A stretch of 248,000 nt of DNA, taken from Hyalangium minutum (GTDB lineage: Bacteria; Myxococcota; Myxococcia; Myxococcales; Myxococcaceae). The translations under genes were made by a program, and so were the position numbers. The notes below the pieces were generated by a model. That model searched no databases and was not told the DNA's origin. It was given only the letters and a program-made list of their open reading frames with translations. This document shows positions 232,441 through 243,027 of this stretch, one piece after another; position 1 is the stretch's first letter, and each line of letters begins with the position of its first letter. The stretch covers positions 20,001 to 268,000 of the forward strand of contig NZ_JMCB01000013.1 of NCBI RefSeq assembly GCF_000737315.1. The letters run 5' to 3'.

Positions 232441-233870
232441 GCGAGCCCGCGCCCAAGGCCCCTGTGATGGCCGATCCGCTGGTGGAGCACCCGCTCATCG
232501 AGGGGCGCTACTCGAACGCGGAGCTCAACGCATCGCTGATGCGGCCCGTGCTGGCCGGACCGGCGCGCTGGTGGTGGGTGCTGGTGGGGATCTGCTCCGC
232601 GCTCACCGTGCTGCTGATGGTGGGCATGGGAGTGACGTTCGCGAAGGGCGTGGGGACCTGGGGCAACAACATCCCGGTGGCCTGGGCTTTCGGCATCATC
232701 AACTTCGTCTGGTGGATCGGCATCGGCCACGCCGGCACGCTCATCTCCGCCATCCTGCTGCTGTTCGCCGAGAAGTGGCGCAGCTCCGTCAACCGCATGG
232801 CCGAGGCGATGACGCTGTTCGCCGTGGCGTGCGCGGGCCTCTTCCCGCTGCTGCACCTGGGGCGCCCGTGGAAGTTCTACTGGCTGGTGCCGTACCCAAG
232901 CGTGCTGCGCGCCTGGCCGCAGTTCCGCTCCCCGCTCACGTGGGACATCGTGGCGATCCTCACGTACCTCACGGTGTCGGTGCTCTTCTGGTACGTGGGC
233001 TTGCTGCCGGATCTGGCGTCCGCGCGGGATACCGCCCGGGAGACGTGGAAGCGCCGCGCCTGGGGAGTGCTGTCCATGGGATGGCGCGGCAGCGCCCGGC
233101 ACTGGCTCCAGTGGCGCGCCGCGTACGTGGTGCTCGCGGGAGTGGCCACGCCGCTCGTCGTGTCGGTGCACACCATCGTGTCCTTCGACTTCGCGGTGGC
233201 GCAACTGCCGGGCTGGCACACCACCGTTTTCCCTCCGTACTTCGTGGCGGGCGCCATCTTCTCCGGGCTCGCCATGGTGCTCACGCTGCTGTTGCCCGCG
233301 CGGCGGGCGCTGGGCCTGCACCACGTCATCACGAATGCGCACCTGGATGTGCTCTCGCGGCTGATGCTCGTGTCCGGGCTCTTCGTGGCCTACGGCTACG
233401 TGCAGGAGCATTTCTTCGGCTGGTACAGCGGCAACGAGTACGAGCAGCACGCGATGAACATCCTGCGCGTGGGCCCATACGCGCCGCTCTTCTGGACGGT
233501 CATCTTCTGCAACGTGGTGGTGCCACAGCTGTTCTGGATCGGGCGGCTGCGCATCCAGCCGGTGGTGCTCTGGGTGGCCGCGCTGCTGGTGAACGTGGGC
233601 ATGTGGCTGGAGCGCTTCCTGATCGTGGTGGCGCCTCTGAGCGAGGACTTCCTGCCGAGCAGCTGGAAGCACTACGCGCCTACCTGGGTGGACCTGAGCC
233701 TGCTGTCCGGGACGATGGGGCTGTTCGGCCTGGGCTTCCTGCTGTTCCTCAAGCTGGTGCCGCCGGTGCCGGCCAGCGAGGTGAAGCACCTGCAGCATGA
233801 GCTGGAGTCCTCCGAGGCCTTCGCGCGCGAGGCGGCGGCTCAGAGGCGGAGCGGGGGAGGGGCACCATGA
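232437..233870 (+). CDS. actC: ACIII ActC (NrfD family)
   Basis: WIGIGHAGT, HLGRPW, VHTIVS.DF. Confidence 0.92.
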   Translation: MSEPAPKAPVMADPLVEHPLIEGRYSNAELNASLMRPVLAGPARWWWVLVGICSALTVLLMVGMGVTFAKGVGTWGNNIPVAWAFGIINFVWWIGIGHAGTLISAILLLFAEKWRSSVNRMAEAMTLFAVACAGLFPLLHLGRPWKFYWLVPYPSVLRAWPQFRSPLTWDIVAILTYLTVSVLFWYVGLLPDLASARDTARETWKRRAWGVLSMGWRGSARHWLQWRAAYVVLAGVATPLVVSVHTIVSFDFAVAQLPGWHTTVFPPYFVAGAIFSGLAMVLTLLLPARRALGLHHVITNAHLDVLSRLMLVSGLFVAYGYVQEHFFGWYSGNEYEQHAMNILRVGPYAPLFWTVIFCNVVVPQLFWIGRLRIQPVVLWVAALLVNVGMWLERFLIVVAPLSEDFLPSSWKHYAPTWVDLSLLSGTMGLFGLGFLLFLKLVPPVPASEVKHLQHELESSEAFAREAAAQRRSGGGAP

Positions 233871-234394
233871 AGCGCTGGGTGCTCGGAGAGTTCGGTTCGC
233901 CCGAGCGGTTGCTCGAGGTGGCCCGTGCGCTGCGGGAGCGCGGCTTCGTGCGGCTGGATGCGCACACTCCGTTCCCCGTGGAGGGGCTGGCCGAGGTGCT
234001 CGAGCTGAAGTCCTCGCGCCTGCCCGCGCTGGGGCTGCTGGCAGGGCTTGGCGGCGCGGCTGGGGCCTACCTGGTGCAGTGGTTCACACAGGCGGTGGAC
234101 TGGCCGCTGAACGTGGGCGGGAGACCGCTGCACAGCGCGCCCGCCTTCATTCCCATCACCTTCGAGACGGGGGTGCTGTCGGCTGCGGGTGCGGTCTTCT
234201 TGGGCTTGTTCGTGGTGTGCGGGCTGCCTCGGGTGACACACCCAGTCTTCGAGCTGGAGTCCTTCCGCAGCGCCAGCGTGGATGGCTTCTGGATCAGCGT
234301 CGCGGTGGAGGAGTCCACTCCGCCCGAGACGGTGGCCGAGGTGCTGCGCACCCTGGGCGCCTCGCAGGTGTCGCAGGTGGAGGGCGAAGAATGA
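233867..234394 (+). CDS. actD: ACIII ActD (DUF3341)
   Basis: DAHTPFP, NVGGRP, PITFE. Confidence 0.9.
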   Translation: MKRWVLGEFGSPERLLEVARALRERGFVRLDAHTPFPVEGLAEVLELKSSRLPALGLLAGLGGAAGAYLVQWFTQAVDWPLNVGGRPLHSAPAFIPITFETGVLSAAGAVFLGLFVVCGLPRVTHPVFELESFRSASVDGFWISVAVEESTPPETVAEVLRTLGASQVSQVEGEE

Positions 234395-235083
234395 GGGTCG
234401 CCAGGCATCTGCTCTGCGGGGGGGCGCTGGCCTTGTCCGCCTGTGAGGACCGGGATCCGATGCAGGTGCAGGAGCGCGATAACGCGTTCTCGGAGGATCC
234501 TCTCTTCGCGGACGAGCGGGCCATGCGCCCCACCGTGGCCGGCACGGTGCCCCAGGAGTGGTACCGGCAGCAGGCCCGGTTCATGGTCCACCAGAGCCTG
234601 GACGCGGGCTGGGTCGCGCGGCCACCTGTGCCGCTGACGCGCGAGCTGCTCCACGAGGGCCGCTCCCACTTCGAGACGTGGTGCGCGCCTTGCCACGGGC
234701 TGTTGGCGGATGGCCAGAGCGTGGTGGGCCAGAACATGCAACTGCGGCCCGCACCCGCGCTGTTCGGGCCTCTGCACGTGCCGCACCCGGCCCGAAGCGC
234801 CTCGCAGCTCGATGGAGGAGTGCCCGAGCCGGGCTCTCCGCATGCAGTGCCGGTATCCGCGGGCTGGGAGGCACTGCCGCACCCGGCCGGCTTCTATTAC
234901 GCGGTCATCACCGAGGGGTATGGGCTGATGCCGTCCTACGCGGAGGCGCTCAAGCCCTCCGAGCGGTGGGCCGTGGCGGCCTACCTGCGAGCACTCGCCT
235001 ACAGCCAACAAGCGCCCATGTCGGCCGCGCCTCCCGCGGTCCAGGCCACGCTCCAGCAGGAGCGTTCGGGAGGGGTTCCATGA
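234391..235083 (+). CDS. actE: ACIII ActE monoheme lipoprotein
   Basis: Lipobox LSAC; CAPCH; MPSY. Confidence 0.85.
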   Translation: MRVARHLLCGGALALSACEDRDPMQVQERDNAFSEDPLFADERAMRPTVAGTVPQEWYRQQARFMVHQSLDAGWVARPPVPLTRELLHEGRSHFETWCAPCHGLLADGQSVVGQNMQLRPAPALFGPLHVPHPARSASQLDGGVPEPGSPHAVPVSAGWEALPHPAGFYYAVITEGYGLMPSYAEALKPSERWAVAAYLRALAYSQQAPMSAAPPAVQATLQQERSGGVP

Positions 235084-236285
235084 TCACCGTGCTACCGCGC
235101 TTCGAGGGCAACCGGAGGTTCCTGGGCGTGTCGCTCGCCGTAGGAGTCCTGGGGCTGGCGGCGACGCTGGCGGGCGGGTTCGCCGATGCCCGCGAGGCGA
235201 GCCATGGCTACCTGTTCGCCTTCGCCTTCTGGCTCTCCCTGTGCCTGGGCGCGCTGGTGATGCTGTCGTCCTTTCACGCGGCGCGGGCGCGCTGGCCCAC
235301 GGTGCTGCGGCGGCCTCTGGAGGTGATGGCGGCGTGCTGCCCGCTGTTCATCCTGCTCTTCCTCCCCGTGGTACTGAGCATGCGCCACCTGTTCCCCTGG
235401 GTGGAGCCATCGCCGGCGCTCGGCGAGCACGCGCTGCATTTGCTCGAGCACAAGCGCCCGTACCTGAACCTGACGGGGTTTCTCCTCCGGGCGGTGCTCT
235501 ACTTCGGGGTGTGGTGCGCGGTGGCGCTGCTGCTCTACCGCTGGTCCGTGCGCCAGGATGCCGAGCCCGAGAGCAACGAGAGGGTGGTGCGGCTCACCGC
235601 GTGGCAGAGGCGGCTGGCGGCGGGCTCGCTGCCGGTGGTGGTGCTGTGCGTGTCGTTCGCCTGCCTGGACTGGCTCATGTCCCTGGATCCGCTGTGGCAG
235701 TCCACCGTGTACGCGCTCTACGTGGGGTGCGGCGCAGTGGTAGCGGCCCTGTCGGTGGTGGGGCTGCTGGCGGCGCAGGGGCAGGGGGCGGGGCAGTTCG
235801 GCGCGCTGATGCGGCCGGTGCACTTCCGGTGGCTCGGCACGCTGCTGCTCAGCTTCGTGTGCCTGTGGGCCTACTGCGTCTTCTCGCAACTGTTGCTCAT
235901 GTGGATCGCCACGCTCCCCGAGGAGGTGACGTGGTACCAGGCCCGGCTCGACGGCGGCTGGCGGTGGCTGGCGGCATTGCTGGCCTTGGGCCACTTCGCG
236001 GTGCCCTTCCTGCTCCTGCTGCAGCGGAGCATCAAGGAGCAGCCCCGGCGACTGGCCGCCGTGTGCGCGTGGCTCCTGCTCATGCGCGCGGTGGATCTGT
236101 ATTGGCTGGTGCTGCCCGCGCTCCATCCGCGGGAGTGGTACCCGCACTGGACGAGCCTCACCGCGTGGGTGGGCGTGGGCGGGCTGTTCGTGGCGGCCTG
236201 CCTGTGGCTGCAGCGCGGCGGCTACACCGTGCCAGTGCGCGATCCATTCCTCCTCCACTCGCTGCGGGTGCCCAGCCATGAGTGA
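235080..236285 (+). CDS. actF: ACIII ActF
   Basis: About 10 TM; DW.MSL.P.W.ST. Confidence 0.88.
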   Translation: MITVLPRFEGNRRFLGVSLAVGVLGLAATLAGGFADAREASHGYLFAFAFWLSLCLGALVMLSSFHAARARWPTVLRRPLEVMAACCPLFILLFLPVVLSMRHLFPWVEPSPALGEHALHLLEHKRPYLNLTGFLLRAVLYFGVWCAVALLLYRWSVRQDAEPESNERVVRLTAWQRRLAAGSLPVVVLCVSFACLDWLMSLDPLWQSTVYALYVGCGAVVAALSVVGLLAAQGQGAGQFGALMRPVHFRWLGTLLLSFVCLWAYCVFSQLLLMWIATLPEEVTWYQARLDGGWRWLAALLALGHFAVPFLLLLQRSIKEQPRRLAAVCAWLLLMRAVDLYWLVLPALHPREWYPHWTSLTAWVGVGGLFVAACLWLQRGGYTVPVRDPFLLHSLRVPSHE

Positions 236286-236637
236286 GGGCTTCACGCCACC
236301 CCCGCCGCAGCACGATCGGCTGCCGAGCCTCCGCATCCTCGCGGTGCTCGTCGGCTGGCTGGTGCTCACCTCCCTGTCGGTGCTGGGCATGCGGTGGTGG
236401 GAGGCGCGGAACCAGCCTGCCGTAGCAGCGGGAACTCCGGCGCAGTTCGGCGAGGCGGAGATCGCGAACGTCAACCAGCGACCCTTCGCACTGGAGAAGG
236501 AGGCACCTCGGCTGCGAGCCGCTCAGGACTCGCGGCTGGAGCGCTATGGCTGGGTGGATCGCGGCGCGGGCGTCATCCATGTGCCCATCGAGCAGGCCAT
236601 GGATCAGGTGCTGGCGCAGGAAGGGAGGGGGCCATGA
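236278..236637 (+). CDS. Small membrane protein (ActG-like)
   Basis: L..YGWVD..GV.H.PI..AM. Confidence 0.7.
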   Translation: MSEGFTPPPPQHDRLPSLRILAVLVGWLVLTSLSVLGMRWWEARNQPAVAAGTPAQFGEAEIANVNQRPFALEKEAPRLRAAQDSRLERYGWVDRGAGVIHVPIEQAMDQVLAQEGRGP

Positions 236638-237663
236638 TGGAGTTCTTGCGGCACCTCCTGTTCCTTCCTCGGGGGGGCTCCACGCTGGCGGACCGCGTGG
236701 ATCGCATCCACTTCTTCATCATCATCGTCACCTTCATCGTGGCGGTGTGCATCGGGCTCACGGGGCTCGTGTTCCTGGTGCGCTTCCGGCGCCGGCACGC
236801 CCTCGCCCTCACCCCTCGGGTGCAGGCCCCCGCGTGGCTGGAAGCGATCTTCATCAGCGTGCCCCTCTCCTTCTTCCTGCTTTGGGGCGTGCTCGGCTTC
236901 CGCGACTTCGTGTGGGTGAAGAACCCGCCGGCGGGCGCGCTGGATGTGTACGTGACGGGCAAGCAGTGGATGTGGAAGTTCGCGCTGACGGACGGCGTGG
237001 GCAGCGTGGGAGTGCTGCACGTGCCCACGGGGCGCCCGGTGCGGTTGATGATCACCTCGCGGGATGTCGTTCACTCGTTCTACGTGCCCGAGTTCCGGCT
237101 GAAGCAGGACGCGCTGCCTGGGCGCTATACGGAGACGTGGTTCGAGGTGAAGCATCCGGGGCGCTATCAGGTGCTGTGCGCCGAGTACTGCGGGTTGGAT
237201 CACTCGCACATGCTCGGAGAGGTGGTGGCGCTGGAGCCGGGCGATTTCGAGGCGTGGCGGGCCTGGCAGAAGGCCTTGCCCACGGCCAGTCCGGGGGAGA
237301 TATCCGAGCAGGTCTCCGGCGCGGATGAGCGGGGGCCACTGGCCGAGCTCGGGCGCACCGTGGCCGCGCAGAAGGGCTGCTTCAAGTGCCACACGGTGGA
237401 CGGGACGCCGCACATTGGGCCTACGTGGCTGGGGTTGTACGAGCGCGAGGAGCCGCTGGCGTCGGGCGGACGCATCCGGGCGGACGTGGCCTACCTCACC
237501 GAGTCGATGATGGATCCCGCCGCCAAGGTGGTGGCGGGCTTCAACCCGGTGATGCCCACATTCCATGGGCAGCTAAGCCCGGGGGAAGTGGCCGCGCTGG
237601 TGGAGTTCATCAAGTCACTGCGACCCGAGCGCCCCGTGCCTCCGGCCGCGCAGGAGCCCACCT

Positions 237664-237683
<20 letters not shown>
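236634..237683 (+). CDS. coxB: Cytochrome c oxidase subunit II with fused cytochrome c
   Basis: DVVHSF, CAEYCG..HS.M CuA; CFKCH. Confidence 0.95.
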
Positions 237684-239290
<1,607 letters not shown>

Positions 239291-239301
<11 letters not shown>

Positions 239302-239941
239302 AGCGAGCGGGAGGCCAGTGGTTCCACACGCCGAGCACTTCGGCGATGAGGCGTCGCGTCAGGACGCGGCGCACATGGGCATGTGGATCTTCCTGGCGAC
239401 CGAGGTGCTGCTGTTCGCGGCCCTCTTCGCCGCCTATTCCCTGTACCGGCTGGCGTACCCGGAGGTCTTCTCTCAGGCGCGCGAGCACATGGATCTGGCG
239501 CTGGGGACGATCAACACCTACGTGCTGGTGAGCAGCAGCGTCCTCGTGGCGTTGGCGATCGCCTCCATCCGAAAGGGGAGGGATCTGGCGGCGGGGGTGC
239601 TGCTCGCGGGCGCGGTGCTGCTCGGCATCACCTTCCTCTGCATCAAGGGCATGGAGTACGCCCACCACGCGAAGGACAAAGCCCTGCCCGGCGCCCACTA
239701 CGCCTACGACAAGTTCGCCGTTCCCGGCGCGAGCCTCTACTTCACCCTCTACTGGATCATGACAGGCATCCACGCGGTGCACGTGACGGTGGGGATCGGG
239801 GTGCTCTCGGTGCTGTGCGGCCAGGCGCTGTCAGGGAAGTTCAGCGCGGCCTACCACACGCCAGTGGAGCTGGGCGGCATGTACTGGCACCTGGTGGACA
239901 TCGTCTGGTTGTTCCTCTGGCCGCTGCTCTACCTGGCGTGA
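239291..239941 (+). CDS. coxC: Cytochrome c oxidase subunit III
   Basis: MWIFLATE, TGIH..HV, YWHLVD. Confidence 0.93.
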
Positions 239942-239971
239942 CGAGCGGCGGGTGTCGAGGAGGAGGCGCGC

Positions 239972-240382
239972 ATGGCGGAGACTCGAAGCAAGGAGCAGGG
240001 AGGGCGAGCCCACGGTGGTTATGGCAAGGCCCTGATCGTGGGCGTGGGGCTGCTGTCGCTCACCACGCTCTCGTTTGCGCTGTCGCGCCTGCACGTGGGA
240101 GCTTGGGGGCTCGTGGTGGCGGTGGCCATCGCGGTCATCAAGGTGACGCTGATAGCCTTCTTCTTCATGCACCTGTCGGAGCGAGCCGGAGGGCCCCGGC
240201 TGGTGTTCGCCACCGCGGTACTCTTCGTCATCATCCTTATCGGGCTGATCCTCGTGGAGGCCAGCGACCGGCCCCAGCCCGCGATGCCACCGGGGCCGTT
240301 CTCCGCCGAGCGGCTGCCGGGCCTGGATGAGCAGCCCCAGGCGGCTCCCACGCGCGAGCCCCCGAGCGAACAGACACCCTAG
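239972..240382 (+). CDS. coxD: Cytochrome c oxidase subunit IV
   Basis: K..LI..FFMHL. Confidence 0.85.
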   Translation: MAETRSKEQGGRAHGGYGKALIVGVGLLSLTTLSFALSRLHVGAWGLVVAVAIAVIKVTLIAFFFMHLSERAGGPRLVFATAVLFVIILIGLILVEASDRPQPAMPPGPFSAERLPGLDEQPQAAPTREPPSEQTP

Positions 240383-240945
240383 GCGCGAACCGCCTCCACG
240401 AGCGCGCGAAGCTTTGGGCGCTTCAGGGCACGGTAGAGCGTGGCCGTCAGCCTGCGGGCTGGCACCACCGCGCCCAGTGAGGCGCCAAAGGCCATGTGCA
240501 CCAACAGGAAGGCTCCGTGCGGCGCCTCGCGATCCAGCGGTGGCGAGGCGAACGGCACGATCAACCCCGGCATGATCACCTGGAGCGCCAGTCCCATCAA
240601 CATGCCGAGCATCAGCGCCGCCGTGGCGGTGCCGCCGCGTGGCAGCACCAGCGCGAAGAGGGTGGCCAGCCCTCCCGCGGTGGCCACATGGACCGCCAGG
240701 CCCACAAGCACTGAGAGCGCGCCGGTGGGGGCTTCCCGGAAGAAGACACCCCCTACCAGCCGGGCCGCATACCAGAGGTCTCCGTGGGTGAGCGCGCCCA
240801 GCGGCAGCGCCAGCGCTGCCATGAAGACCGCGCCGAGCAGACCCACGAAAGCCCCCGGCATGAGGACATCCCGGAAGAGCTTCCAGTGCTCCGCCTCCTC
240901 TTGCGTGGCGGCGAGGACCTGCCGGACGTGCTCAATGCGTTCCAT
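240379..240945 (-). CDS. Hypothetical membrane protein
   Basis: Four TM helices with His residues. Confidence 0.65.
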   Translation of the reverse strand: MERIEHVRQVLAATQEEAEHWKLFRDVLMPGAFVGLLGAVFMAALALPLGALTHGDLWYAARLVGGVFFREAPTGALSVLVGLAVHVATAGGLATLFALVLPRGGTATAALMLGMLMGLALQVIMPGLIVPFASPPLDREAPHGAFLLVHMAFGASLGAVVPARRLTATLYRALKRPKLRALVEAVRA

Positions 240946-241007
240946 GCAACCCTCCACTCCTCTTTCGGAAAACGAGGAAAGTGACGGCGAAAGCCATGGG
241001 GATGTCA

Positions 241008-241075
241008 CGCTCGAGACGAGGGCCGAGCCAGCGCCGTCACCCAGCAGCGCGTAGTCGCCGATGGGCGGCTGAGGG
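241008..241075 (-). pseudogene. N-terminal remnant of a GH15 glycoside hydrolase
   Basis: PPIGDYALLGDG..SALVS, then the reading diverges. Confidence 0.5.
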
Positions 241076-241277
241076 CCTCGGGGAGAGCGTGGAGGCGCGT
241101 GAGGGCGGTGGCGATGGGAGGGCAGGTGCATTCCAGAGGCTCATCACTCCACGGGCTCCCGATCCGCGAAGAAGAGGGTGAACTCCACGTGGGCATCCTG
241201 ATCAGAGGCGTTGAGCCCTCGGCAATGGCCCACTGCTTGCTCCCGATAACGGTTGGCATCTGTGTCCTCCAGCAGGG

Positions 241278-241703
241278 CTAGGTGAGCTGTTCTTGCACCA
241301 GGGCCAGATCCTCCTGGACTTGTCCCAAGGTCCGAGACATGGGCTGCTTGGGCAGGCTCCGCACTCCCTGGAGCGCCAGGGCCGCCGCGCCGCCCATCAT
241401 GCCGAGCCCCACCAGCAGCGTGAAGGAAGCGGGGCGTGTCCTCAGTGCCAAGGCGAGAGACACGGCGAGTGCGATGACTCCCCCCAGCCCCACGCCTGCG
241501 CTCGTGCCCAGCAGCGTCAAACTCTTGAGGGCCTGGCGAGCGTCCTCTCGCAGCTCCTGCCGGGCGGCCTCGAACTCCGCCTGCGCCAGCCGCTTGCCCT
241601 GGTCGATGGCCTGCCCCAGCAGCTCACGCGCCGACTCACCGGTCTCTCCCTGCGAACCCTTCATGTCCGTGGCTCCCGGCGCCTCTCGGTCCCTGGCGCT
241701 CAT
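241278..241703 (-). CDS. Holin-like membrane protein
   Basis: LAQAEFEAARQEL followed by two TM helices. Confidence 0.7.
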   Translation of the reverse strand: MSARDREAPGATDMKGSQGETGESARELLGQAIDQGKRLAQAEFEAARQELREDARQALKSLTLLGTSAGVGLGGVIALAVSLALALRTRPASFTLLVGLGMMGGAAALALQGVRSLPKQPMSRTLGQVQEDLALVQEQLT

Positions 241704-241749
241704 GCTCTTGTCGCTTCGGCAAAGCTGAGCCTGATGCTCGTGGCGTGCA

Positions 241750-243027
241750 GTGCCAGCCGGTACACGGAGGGCGGGCCTCTGTCGGCATCCCAGCAGGGCG
241801 GCCGGGCGGCACAGCGCCTCACTTCATGACTTGGGCTCCCAAACTATTTTCCGTCTTGGAGAGACGTGTCTCCCTCCCAGGGTTCTCAGGGGGTCTTTCG
241901 TGGCGGCAGGGCACCCACGGGGCAGCGGGGCGGCACCCATCGAACGGGTGGAGGTATCCGCGTACCAAATCCCCACGGATGCCCCTGAGGCGGATGGCAC
242001 CTTCGCGTGGGACTCCACCACGCTGGTGGTCGTGGAGCTGACCGCCGGGGGCCAGCGGGGACTCGGCTACACGTATACGGACGCGGTGGCCGCGGCGCTG
242101 ATCTCCCGCGTCTTCGCCCAGGAACTGCGCTCTCAGGACGCCATGGACATTCCCGCGCGGATGACGGCGCTGCTGCGCCGGGTGCGCAACCTGGGGCGGC
242201 CGGGCCTGGTCTCCATGGCGCTGTCCGCTGTGGACGCCGCGCTCTGGGACGTGAAGGCCCGGCTGCTCGGCCTGCCTCTCGCACGGCTGCTCGGCGCCGT
242301 GAGGGAGCGGGTCCCCCTCTATGGAAGCGGAGGGTTCACCTCGTACTCCGTGGAGCGGCTCCAGCAGCAACTCGCGGGCTGGGCCGAGCAGGGCATCCCT
242401 CGCGTGAAGATGAAGGTGGGAAGCCACCCCGAGGAGGATCCCGCCCGCGTCCGTGCCGCCCGCACGGCCATTGGAGACCGCGTGGAGCTCTTCGTGGATG
242501 CCAATGGCGCGTACACCGTGGCGCAGACCCTGGCTCTCGCGGACCGCTTCGCCGAGTGCGGCGTCTCTTGGTTCGAGGAGCCCGTGTCCAGCGATGATCT
242601 CGAGGGGCTCCATCGCGTCCGCTCACGCGCCCCGGCCGGCATGGCGGTAGCAGCGGGGGAGTACGGGGATGGCGGCATCTACTTCCGCCGCATGCTGGCA
242701 GCGGGCGCGGTGGATGTGCTGCAGGCGGACGTCACACGGTGCCTGGGCATCACCGGCTTCCTCCAGGCGGACGCGCTGTGTGACGTCTACCAGGTGCCGC
242801 TCTCCGGGCACTGCGCCCCAGCGCTCCACGCCCATGTGGCATGCGCGGCCCGGCGGCTGGTGCACCTGGAGTACTTCCACGATCACGCCCGGCTGGAGCG
242901 GATGCTCTTCGAGGGCGTGCCCGAGGTGAGAGAGGGCGCGCTCGTGCCGGATCTCTCACGTCCGGGGCTGGGGCTGGAGCTGAAGCGGGCGGACGCCGCC
243001 CGCTACGCGATGGGGGACAACACATGA
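241750..243027 (+). CDS. Enolase superfamily (mandelate racemase-like); true start probably later
   Basis: KMK, VDANG, WFEEP, AGE, H. Confidence 0.9.
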   Translation: MPAGTRRAGLCRHPSRAAGRHSASLHDLGSQTIFRLGETCLPPRVLRGSFVAAGHPRGSGAAPIERVEVSAYQIPTDAPEADGTFAWDSTTLVVVELTAGGQRGLGYTYTDAVAAALISRVFAQELRSQDAMDIPARMTALLRRVRNLGRPGLVSMALSAVDAALWDVKARLLGLPLARLLGAVRERVPLYGSGGFTSYSVERLQQQLAGWAEQGIPRVKMKVGSHPEEDPARVRAARTAIGDRVELFVDANGAYTVAQTLALADRFAECGVSWFEEPVSSDDLEGLHRVRSRAPAGMAVAAGEYGDGGIYFRRMLAAGAVDVLQADVTRCLGITGFLQADALCDVYQVPLSGHCAPALHAHVACAARRLVHLEYFHDHARLERMLFEGVPEVREGALVPDLSRPGLGLELKRADAARYAMGDNT

